The notes under the pieces: generated by a model
Told to the model about the DNA's origin: nothing
Database searches by the model: none
What the model saw: the letters and a program-made list of their open reading frames with translations, nothing else
DNA from: Limnochordaceae bacterium
GTDB taxonomy: Bacteria; Bacillota; Limnochordia; Limnochordales; DUMU01
NCBI GenBank assembly: GCA_014896305.1
Contig: JADBKQ010000012.1
Span: 62,128 to 126,127 of the forward strand
Length of the DNA stretch: 64,000 bases
Direction: 5' to 3'
Translations under genes and position numbers: made by a program
In this document: positions 48,370-56,243 of the stretch, in pieces
Numbering within the stretch: the stretch's first letter is position 1
Layout: the number at the start of each line of letters is the position of its first letter

Positions 48370-49653
48370 TTATCTGCCCAAGGGCAGGATGGTGCTGCCC
48401 AACAGGACCAGGGTCAACAGCACGAGAAAGAGTACGGTCACCCAGACGATCACGTTGTAGACAGGGCCGTTCGTATGGGTGCCCATCAGCCGTCGGTTGT
48501 TGACCAGCCGCAACATGAAGATGAGGATGACCGGCAGCAGAAAGCCGTTGACGTCCTGAGCAAACAGCATCATGCGGACCAGGGAGAGGCCGGGGATGAG
48601 GGGCAGCAAGGCGCCGATCCCTAAGATCGAGGTAAAAAGCCAGAAGAAGACGGGGGCTTCCTTCCAGGAACGGTTGACGCTCCGTTCGAAGCCGAACGCT
48701 TCGCTCAGCGCGTAGGCTGTCGACAGGGGCAGGATGGCGGCGGCCAGAAAGCCTGCGGCAAAGAGGCCCACGGCAAAAAGGATCGTAGCATACGCGCCCG
48801 CGAACGGCTCGAGCGCGCGGGCGGCATCCTCCGCCGTCTGGATGTGGATACCATGAGGGAAGAGTGTGGCGGCTGTCGTCACGATGATGAAGAATGAAAC
48901 AAGGTCCGACCAGAGCGACCCGATGGTCACGTCCCACCGGACATAATGCAGATCCTGCACGGTTAATCCTTTGTCAACCACGGAAGCTTGCAGGTAGAAC
49001 TGCATCCAGGGCGTGATCGTGGTTCCCACCATGCCCACGAAAAGGAGCATGAATGAGGGAGTCCAATGGAAGCGGGGCACGACCGCTTGCCGCAAGACCA
49101 TGCCCCAGTCGGGCCGGATCAACAGGCCTGACAAAATGTACGTGATGAACGCTCCAGCCAGGATCAGGAAGATCCGTTCGAGGCGGCGGTACGAGCCAGC
49201 GGTCACCGACCACCAGACCACGACCGCCGTGATCGGGATGGTGACCCAGCGGGGCACTCCGAAGATCTCCAGGCTGGCGGCCATCCCGGCGAATTCGGAG
49301 GCCGTGGTGGCAAGATTGGCCAGGAGCAGGGTGAGCATGGCGAGAAAAGCCATTTTCACCCCGAATTCCTCCCGGATGAGGTCTGCCAATCCCCGTCCAG
49401 TGACTGTTCCCAGTCGCGCGGCCATCTCCTGGATCACCACTAGGCTGATCGTGACCAGAATCAGCCCCCACAACATGTCATACCCGAAGGTAGCCCCCAC
49501 GGTGGAGTAGGTGGTAATGCCCCCAGGATCGTTGTCGGCGTTCGCCGTGACCAGTCCGGGGCCGATCACGGACAGGGAGAGCATCAGCCGGACCCAGGCC
49601 GGGTGGGTGTGGAGACGTTCCCTGACATTCCTCAGCCACGTCATGACTACCAC
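48370..49653 (-). CDS. Nramp-related cation transporter with non-canonical binding-site residues (NRMT-like)
   Basis: Nramp layout with TM1 GPGLVTANADNDPGGITTYS (DPGG instead of DPGN) and TM6 FVGMVGTTITPWMQFYL (GTTITPW instead of GATVMPH). The start is GTG 49653 or ATG 49644, overlapping or abutting the upstream gene's stop. Confidence 0.75.
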   Translation of the reverse strand: MVVMTWLRNVRERLHTHPAWVRLMLSLSVIGPGLVTANADNDPGGITTYSTVGATFGYDMLWGLILVTISLVVIQEMAARLGTVTGRGLADLIREEFGVKMAFLAMLTLLLANLATTASEFAGMAASLEIFGVPRWVTIPITAVVVWWSVTAGSYRRLERIFLILAGAFITYILSGLLIRPDWGMVLRQAVVPRFHWTPSFMLLFVGMVGTTITPWMQFYLQASVVDKGLTVQDLHYVRWDVTIGSLWSDLVSFFIIVTTAATLFPHGIHIQTAEDAARALEPFAGAYATILFAVGLFAAGFLAAAILPLSTAYALSEAFGFERSVNRSWKEAPVFFWLFTSILGIGALLPLIPGLSLVRMMLFAQDVNGFLLPVILIFMLRLVNNRRLMGTHTNGPVYNVIVWVTVLFLVLLTLVLLGSTILPLGR

Positions 49654-50936
49654 AATCCTCCGCGCCGGCGCTCCGCACTGAAGATCTCATCCGCGTGCTC
49701 CGGCAGCGATACCACACCCACCAGGCGTTCGTCTTCATCGAGCACGGGCAGTGCCAGGAGGTCATACTTCGCCAGCATCTCACCAACGGTTTGGCGGTCG
49801 TCGTCGACATGGACGGCGATCACCTTCGTTCGCATGATCTCCTCGAGGCGGCAGGATGGGGCCGCCACGACCAGATCTCGCAAGGAGACGGTCCCTAGCA
49901 AGTGGCCAGCTTGATCCACAACGTACAGGTAATAGGTGCTGTTGGCTGGCGGCTTGAGCTGGCGGAGGGCGGCAATCGTCTCATCGGCGGTTTGCGTTTG
50001 GGGGAAGAAAATGAACTCCCGGCTCATCAATCGACCCGCCGTGTCCTCTTCATACTCGAGAAAGCTGCGCACTTGCTCTCCCTGCTCGGGCTTCATCGCT
50101 CCCAGCAGAGCCGCCGCCCGGTCGGCGCGCAGCTGGCTAAGGATGTCGGCCGCCTCATCGGCCGGCAGCGACTCCAACAGACTTAGCACCCGTTCGGGCG
50201 TAAGGCGGGCGAGAATCTGTTCCCGGGCTTCCGGCTCCACCTCGGTCAGCGTTTCGGCTGCGATCGCTGGGGTCAGAGCGCCGAGAACCGCGGTGCGTTC
50301 ACGGGTATGCAAGGCTTCCAGGATGTCGGCTAGATCGGCTGGGCGCAGGCGGGCGAGCCGCTCGTAGGGGACGCCCAGATGGAGGCGACCATCGCCCTCC
50401 AATTCGATTCGCTGGACATCCTGCCAGCGGATGAGAGTGTCCGGCAGACTGAGATGAAGCCGGGCCTCCGCCCAGTGAACCAGCGGGCGCAACCCCAGTC
50501 GCCGCAACAACCCGCGCAATCCCACGTCGACGGCGACGAGACGCAACCCCCCTCCGACTTCGTTGAACTTCAGATCGTTCACCCGGACGACCCGCAAGCC
50601 GTTGAGGTCGACGATCTGTTTGTCAAACAGAGTACGACGAATAGGCAGCCAGCTGGCTTCGGGGGCAACTGGGGCTGCCTTCGACAGGGCTTCGGCGGGC
50701 ACGGTCAGCGACAGATACTGACGCACCAGTACCTGAACCGTCCGCCAGGGAATGTACAGGGGAGAGGGCAGATCGGGGTGTCGTCGCGACCGGACTTCCA
50801 GCGCTACCACCGGCGGTAGCTCATCCTTATCCAGTTGAACGTAAATCTCGACGACTCGCCCCAGCTTACGTCCCTTGGCATCAATGACAGTCTTGGCCAG
50901 GAGGCGGCTGGCATGAATCTCCGGCACTACACTCAT
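49647..50936 (-). CDS. soluble PRC-barrel x2 / MgtE N-domain / CBS-pair protein (MgtE cytosolic module without channel domain)
   Basis: PRC-like LLAKTVIDAKGRKLGRVVEIYV and LFDKQIVDLNGLRVVRVNDL. MgtE_N repeats LRPADLADILEAL...LPADEAADILSQL. CBS pair (..YLYVVDQAGHLLGTVSLRDL.., ..LALPVLDEDERLVGVVS). No hydrophobic helices are present. Confidence 0.75.
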   Translation of the reverse strand: MSVVPEIHASRLLAKTVIDAKGRKLGRVVEIYVQLDKDELPPVVALEVRSRRHPDLPSPLYIPWRTVQVLVRQYLSLTVPAEALSKAAPVAPEASWLPIRRTLFDKQIVDLNGLRVVRVNDLKFNEVGGGLRLVAVDVGLRGLLRRLGLRPLVHWAEARLHLSLPDTLIRWQDVQRIELEGDGRLHLGVPYERLARLRPADLADILEALHTRERTAVLGALTPAIAAETLTEVEPEAREQILARLTPERVLSLLESLPADEAADILSQLRADRAAALLGAMKPEQGEQVRSFLEYEEDTAGRLMSREFIFFPQTQTADETIAALRQLKPPANSTYYLYVVDQAGHLLGTVSLRDLVVAAPSCRLEEIMRTKVIAVHVDDDRQTVGEMLAKYDLLALPVLDEDERLVGVVSLPEHADEIFSAERRRGGLW

Positions 50937-51058
50937 GCAGCATCGCCCTCTCTCCTTTCCCTGGTTCAGTAGTTTTCTCGAGCTCTCAAGCCGCAGAAGC
51001 TATCTGGGCCGTCGTACTCTATTATTCCGCTGCGCCGCTCCCGGCGCGGCTTGCCAGG

Positions 51059-52228
51059 CTAAGCCCGGGCGGCGGCAGCTACCTGGTCTAGCGCCTCGAC
51101 CCCCTGTTGGGTCCAGATCCCCAGGAAGTCGATCAGCTGATCCAAACTGGGGCTATGGCCGAAACGGACGTAGAAGCCGGAAGTAGCGGTGCCGACCAGC
51201 AAAGCCTCGGCCAGCGGCAGCCCCAGCAGCAGGCCGGTGCACAGGCCAGCGTTGAAGTTGTCGCCCGCCCCTGTCGTCAACTTGGGATTGGGTGTGTAGG
51301 GGCCGCTGATGCGGACGGTTTTGCCTTGCGCGTACGCCGCTGCTTCCTCAGTCGGGTGCACTACGGTCGCCCACAAATCGAGAGCCCGTCCAATGCGCTC
51401 CGTCAGTTCATCGAGCGGCAGGCGAACGCCGCTGTGAGGCGTGACCCCCAGGGCGGCAGCCACCTGGTCGGCTTCGTTACGGTTAAACCCGGCAATCACC
51501 CGGCCGAAGGGCCGAAACGCCTGGATGAGGTGGAGTGCTTCCTGAAGTTCTTCCACCGTCCGTTTGCGTGGATCCGCCAGATCGATGAAGAAAAACAGAT
51601 CGCGCGGTAGCGAGAGGGTGGGCAGAAACTCCTGCGTCAGATGCTGCCAGATCTCGGTCATGCGCGGCAGAATGGACCAGTCCACTAGAGCGACCAACGC
51701 CGACTGCTGAAAGAGACGGCTCAACTCTTCCCGAGGAACATGTTGCATCAGGTTATCCCAGGAGACATGCTTGATGGGCTCGAGCTTTCCCATCATCAAT
51801 TTGCCATCGCTGAACTCCAGAGCGTCCGTATGTCCTGGATCGGCGATGCCAATCACCTTCGCCCGCTGGGCCAGCTCTTGAAAGACAGGGTGCGGTGACG
51901 GCACGCCTACGCTACCGATGTAGGTGAGCGAGAACCCGTAAGAGACAAGGCTGTTGGCCATAATGGGGCCATTGCCGCCCAGCTTGATGGTACGCGGCAC
52001 CAGTTCGATGTTGGCGGAGAGCCCGGCCGCCTGGGCTACTCGCTCCGCGTAGGCAGCAATCGTCTCAAACCGGACGTAATGATCGACATCCAGCCGTTTG
52101 TCCACCACGTCGCAAATCTCATCGACGAAGCCGTCGAATCCCGCCAGGACGTGCAGCTGCGCAGGCTGCACCGACCGGTTTTGCAAATGCTGGCGAGCTT
52201 GCGCTGCCAAAACCTGTGAATCAATCAC
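51059..52228 (-). CDS. PfkB/ribokinase-superfamily carbohydrate kinase
   Basis: Anion-hole/catalytic motif TTGAGDNFNAGLCTGLLLG near the C-terminus and KLGGNGPIMAN near the N-terminus. GTG 52228 follows AAGGAGGAG. Confidence 0.65.
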   Translation of the reverse strand: MIDSQVLAAQARQHLQNRSVQPAQLHVLAGFDGFVDEICDVVDKRLDVDHYVRFETIAAYAERVAQAAGLSANIELVPRTIKLGGNGPIMANSLVSYGFSLTYIGSVGVPSPHPVFQELAQRAKVIGIADPGHTDALEFSDGKLMMGKLEPIKHVSWDNLMQHVPREELSRLFQQSALVALVDWSILPRMTEIWQHLTQEFLPTLSLPRDLFFFIDLADPRKRTVEELQEALHLIQAFRPFGRVIAGFNRNEADQVAAALGVTPHSGVRLPLDELTERIGRALDLWATVVHPTEEAAAYAQGKTVRISGPYTPNPKLTTGAGDNFNAGLCTGLLLGLPLAEALLVGTATSGFYVRFGHSPSLDQLIDFLGIWTQQGVEALDQVAAAARA

Positions 52229-52642
52229 CGGAACTCTCCTCCTTGCTCGATCCTCCCCCAGAACCGGGACCATACTGGTCGCATGCAGGAAATCTAAGCC
52301 GATCCCTTACGCAACCACCTTAACATACCACAAATAGCCGGGCCATAGCAGGGGCTCGAACCCATCTTGCGACTGCAGGTACATGGGAGGAGAGGCGTCG
52401 GGCTATGAATGAACAGGGACGACGGCAGGCCAGGGCAGCCCTGCTCGGAAAGATCGAGCCCTTCTTGGGTGTGGTATCATATCTATCGATAAGCTTTGAA
52501 CTCCGAACAATTCGGGGCGGAAAGCAACACAGAGTCTGGAGTTTTCTGAGAATCGGGTGGCGGTACATACCGTCAGTCGACATCCTTTGCTCGGCCCGGA
52601 TGAGCCGGTGAGGGACGCTCGGGAAGGAGGACGGGCAAGGAT

Positions 52643-53209
52643 ATGGGGCAAGGGGATAGCCAGGGGGCCAGAACGACGCGCTCATTGCCTGGCAAGGCAG
52701 ACAGTGGTCAGAAGGCGACTCCACCAGCCGAATCTGCACAGCCAGCCGAGGGTAGCAGTGCGCTGGAACGTCTCGATTATTTGTTGCGGGCGGTGAACCG
52801 GCGCCTGAACGGAGTGACCCGGTCCCGCCTGGGAGAGTTCGGATTGACGCTGCCTCGTTTTCACGTGCTGCTGACCCTGGGACGCTGCGGTCCGATGAGC
52901 ATGGGCCAGCTTCAGGAGCAGCTCAACCAGTCGCCTTCGAGCATTACGGAGCTCGTGGATGGACTGGTGAACGGTGGCTTGGCGGAGAGAGAGCGGACCA
53001 GCGAGGACCGGCGGGTGGTGGTGGTGCGTCTGACGCCCGCCGGGCAAACCACCTTGGCCCGGCTCAAGAGCTTTCGTTTGGAGGCCCTGGAGGAAGCCCT
53101 GAAGCAGGTCTTGCCGTCTGCTTGCCAGACCACCGTTGAGGTGCTAGAGCAATTGGAAAAGGCGTTGGGCGACGCGGGTACACCCACTGCGGCTGCACCG
53201 TCCGAATAA
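52643..53209 (+). CDS. MarR family transcriptional regulator
   Basis: Winged-HTH core LTLPRFHVLLTLGRCGPMSMGQLQEQLNQSPSSITELVDGLVNGGLAERERTSEDRRVVVVRLTPAGQ, preceded by a low-complexity N-terminal 40 aa. Confidence 0.8.
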   Translation: MGQGDSQGARTTRSLPGKADSGQKATPPAESAQPAEGSSALERLDYLLRAVNRRLNGVTRSRLGEFGLTLPRFHVLLTLGRCGPMSMGQLQEQLNQSPSSITELVDGLVNGGLAERERTSEDRRVVVVRLTPAGQTTLARLKSFRLEALEEALKQVLPSACQTTVEVLEQLEKALGDAGTPTAAAPSE

Positions 53210-53369
53210 GTAGTTCGGAAGAGCCGGAAGGTGGGTTGACAGAGAGTACCGGCGGGGGTATGATCCGGGCAAAGGTCAGATTTGGTCAGATGACCCCGGC
53301 CCGGCGGCGACGGTGGTTGCCGGCGGAAGGGCTGGCGGACACATCTGACAACGGATAGGGGGGCTTCCA

Positions 53370-54350
53370 GTGAGTGACGGAAAGGCAGCGTTTCGTGATC
53401 CGTTTTCACCCCTCATCGAGGCCGCCGCGGATGAGGTAGGACGGTCCCTGGTTCATATTCGGGTTCAAGTGATGACCCCGACTTATGCAGGCCTGCAGCC
53501 AGCCACCGGAGTAGGGTCAGGAATCGTTTGGGATGGGACAGGGCATGTCGTCACTAACGCGCACGTGGTAGACCAGGCCGGCATCGTCCAGGTTCGCCTG
53601 GCCGACGGGCGGCATTTTCCAGCGGAAGTCATCGGGCTCGATCCCGTCTATGACGTGGCGGTTTTGCTCTTGCCGTCGGAGGCTCGGCCCTTCCTGCAAC
53701 CCGCCCGCATTGGGGATTCAGATGCAGTTCGACCAGGCCAACTCGTCGTCGCGCTGGGCAGTCCCCTTGGATTGGAGAAGACGGTCACGTTTGGGGTGAT
53801 CAGCGCGAAAGACCGCTCTCTACTCTCTCCGAGTGGCCATCCGCTGGATGGGCTGCTGCAGACGGATGCAGCGATCAACCCGGGCAATTCCGGCGGCCCG
53901 CTGGCTACGTTGTCCGGCGAGGTAATCGGTCTCAACACGGCTATTCTAGCTACGGGGCAAGGGCTGGGATTCGCCATCCCGTCCAACCTCGTGCGCCGGG
54001 TGGTAGAGCAGCTAGTCTCCGGAGGGAGAGCGGCTCACCCCTGGCTGGGCGTGGTGGGCGAGCCGGAGGTGATCGATCCGGTCTGGGTATCCGTCTTTGA
54101 ATTGCCCACCGACCGGGGGGTGCTGGTGACGCAGGTGGTCGAAGGTAGCCCGGCCTGGCAAGCCGGCCTGCAGCCCGGAGACCTGATCGTGGCGGTGGAA
54201 GGAAAGCCGGTGGAGCAGGCGGGTGAGCTGCGGCGGGAGTTGGCCGGCCGGCGGGTGGGAGAGACCCTTTCGCTGACGTTGATTCGGGATGGTCGGGCCA
54301 TGGAGCGACAAGTCCGGCTGGCGGAGCTACCGCGGGCCTTGGCCTCTTGA
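53370..54350 (+). CDS. S1C (HtrA/DegP-like) serine protease with one PDZ domain
   Basis: Triad contexts TNAHVV, YDVAVLLL and NPGNSGGPL. PDZ region GVLVTQVVEGSPAWQAGLQPGDLIVAVEG. GTG start. An in-frame stop at 53346 excludes an N-terminal extension. Confidence 0.85.
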   Translation: MSDGKAAFRDPFSPLIEAAADEVGRSLVHIRVQVMTPTYAGLQPATGVGSGIVWDGTGHVVTNAHVVDQAGIVQVRLADGRHFPAEVIGLDPVYDVAVLLLPSEARPFLQPARIGDSDAVRPGQLVVALGSPLGLEKTVTFGVISAKDRSLLSPSGHPLDGLLQTDAAINPGNSGGPLATLSGEVIGLNTAILATGQGLGFAIPSNLVRRVVEQLVSGGRAAHPWLGVVGEPEVIDPVWVSVFELPTDRGVLVTQVVEGSPAWQAGLQPGDLIVAVEGKPVEQAGELRRELAGRRVGETLSLTLIRDGRAMERQVRLAELPRALAS

Positions 54351-54597
54351 GCCAGTGGCCACCTGAGAAGACGGCGGCAGGAGTATGGACTGGCTCTCGG
54401 GCCGCCCGCACAGGGGCACGATGAGGAGCACGAGTACAGGCCCACCAGTGGCAGGGATATAGTAGGCGCAGGCCGAAATCCTGGCCAGTTCGGGAGTGAT
54501 GGGTTGCGATCGGACCGACAGATCGTCTACCCGGTTCAATAGGCGGGTGGGGTGGATCATCGTTGGGCAGCAGGCGGAGGAAGGGGAGAGGCGAGGC

Positions 54598-55566
54598 ATG
54601 CGGCTCGGTCTGATCACGGACGAAGTGGGCCAGGACCTGGAGGAGGCCATCGCTCTAGCCCAGGAGTTCGGCATCCGGGATCTGGAGTTACGCACGGTCT
54701 GGGGGAGAAACGTTGTCGACCTTACCCTGGCGCAGGTCGATCAGGTGCGACGCCGGTTGGAGCAGGTCGGCATGCGGGTGGCGAGCGTGGCCGGCCCTGT
54801 GCTCAAATGCCCGTGGCCCTCGCCCCACCCAAGAGGGGCGCAAACCGGTGAGGGTGAGAATACCGGTGGAGGGACGGCGGTGCCGGTCGACTTGCATGGG
54901 GGTCCAGCTGAGGCATCGGTAGAGGAACATACCGGCCGGCTGTTTCAACGGGAACTGGAACTGGCGCAGGCGTGGGACGCTCCGTTCATCCGCATTTTCA
55001 GTTTCTGGCGACAGGTGGGACCCACCGTGCTCACCGACGATGAGGAGTTGGACGAGATCGCACGCTGGGTTGCACCCCTGCTGCCCGCGGCAGCGGCTGC
55101 AGGACGCCAGGTTCTCCTGGAAAACGAATATGCCTGTTCCATCGGCAGCGGTCAGGATAGCCGCCGGTTGCTAGAGCGGCCGGAACTGACTGGTTTGGGC
55201 CTCATCTGGGATCCGGGCAACGCGTTTTGGGTGGGAGAGCGACCGTACCCCGACGGGTATGAGCAAGTGAGGCGAGTCGACGAAGGCCGGCGGGTTCGCC
55301 ATGTTCACGTGAAGGATGCCCGGCGGACCGATCGTCCGGAGCAGCCGTACGAATGGGTGGCGGTGGGCGAGGGGGAAATCGACTATCCCGGCCAATTTGC
55401 TGCCCTGGCACGAGACGGCTTCGACGGCGTGCTCTCTCTGGAGACCCATTGGGACGAGCCGAGGCTGTCGGGTGTCGAACGGAGCCGTCGTTGCCTGCAG
55501 GGCATGGAGCAGGCGTTGCGCCAGGCAGGTCTGCGGCGCGACGGCGACGGAGAGTGGAGCTGGTAG
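54598..55566 (+). CDS. sugar phosphate isomerase/epimerase (xylose-isomerase-like TIM barrel)
   Basis: MRLGLITDEVGQDLEEAIALAQEFGIRDLELR.., VLLENEY.., IWDPGNAF.., HVHVKD.., LSLETHW. It contains a Gly/Pro-rich insert of about 45 aa. Confidence 0.75.
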   Translation: MRLGLITDEVGQDLEEAIALAQEFGIRDLELRTVWGRNVVDLTLAQVDQVRRRLEQVGMRVASVAGPVLKCPWPSPHPRGAQTGEGENTGGGTAVPVDLHGGPAEASVEEHTGRLFQRELELAQAWDAPFIRIFSFWRQVGPTVLTDDEELDEIARWVAPLLPAAAAAGRQVLLENEYACSIGSGQDSRRLLERPELTGLGLIWDPGNAFWVGERPYPDGYEQVRRVDEGRRVRHVHVKDARRTDRPEQPYEWVAVGEGEIDYPGQFAALARDGFDGVLSLETHWDEPRLSGVERSRRCLQGMEQALRQAGLRRDGDGEWSW

Positions 55567-55726
55567 CCGGTGGGGCTATAATGAGTACAGGAAACCTGGC
55601 CACGGGTTCTTCCGGCGGTTCCGGAGCACACTAGCCGGTGGGGATGCGGGGTGGCAACGGCAAGAGCGCGCTCCCAGCTGTGCAAGGGCCTGCTACCAGG
55701 ACCGGCATCAAGGAGGTGTTGGCTGG

Positions 55727-55951
55727 ATGGCTAAGGTCATCGATCCTGTCTGCAAGATGGAGGTTGACCCGGGGACTGCTCCCGCCAAGTCCGAGTATGG
55801 CGGCACCACGTATTACTTCTGCGCGCCTGGCTGCAAGCGGGCATTTGACAAGGACCCGGAAAAGTATATCCGCGGGGACGGCGTCGGCCACGCTCATGAA
55901 GCGGGGCAGACCGCTCATGGCCACGGCAGCCACGGCGGTCATTGCTGCTGA
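55727..55951 (+). CDS. YHS/TRASH-domain metal-binding protein with His-rich, CC-terminated tail
   Basis: AGGAGGTG lies 8 nt upstream. DPVCKMEV....YYFCAPGCKRAFDKDPEKY is the YHS motif. The tail is GHAHEAGQTAHGHGSHGGHCC. Confidence 0.8.
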   Translation: MAKVIDPVCKMEVDPGTAPAKSEYGGTTYYFCAPGCKRAFDKDPEKYIRGDGVGHAHEAGQTAHGHGSHGGHCC

Positions 55952-55979
55952 ACTCTGTCGAACCCGCGAACGTCACAGG

Positions 55980-56016
55980 GCGATGGGAAGCGTGGGGGCT
56001 CCCATCGCTCTTTTCG
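55980..56016 (+). terminator. rho-independent terminator after the YHS gene
   Basis: 9-bp perfect stem GCGATGGGA / TCCCATCGC with an 11-nt loop, followed by TCTTTTCG. Confidence 0.7.
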
Positions 56017-56243
56017 TATCGCTCTTTGTGATTTGCTTGAGACCATCGGGCCATCGTTCACTCCCGCGTCCGGGTTTCACACGGCCCATTTGGGCCTTGC
56101 CGGGCAGGAATGAGATGAGCTTTCCCGTATACATGTGGGGTGAGATGTTCGGGTCACAAGCCCACCATTGGGAGTATCCTTGCAGCCAGGCTAGCGGTCG
56201 TGGCCTCCTTGTGACCGACGAGTAGATTCAGGGGGGAGTTGCC

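Noticed and set aside
50937-51058. Possible M-box Mg2+ riboswitch upstream of the MgtE-like/Nramp-related gene pair
   Set aside because: The spacer is only about 120 nt. It is partly occupied by a stem-loop after the upstream gene and by the RBS. This is too short, and it lacks recognisable M-box conserved segments.
52340-52375. tRNA-like T-arm sequence GGGTTCGAGCCCC on the minus strand, in the 414-bp spacer between the PfkB-like kinase gene and marR
   Set aside because: The flanking sequence cannot form a 5-bp T-stem, an acceptor stem, or a D or anticodon arm. There is no CCA context. It is probably a chance match, or at most a degraded fragment.
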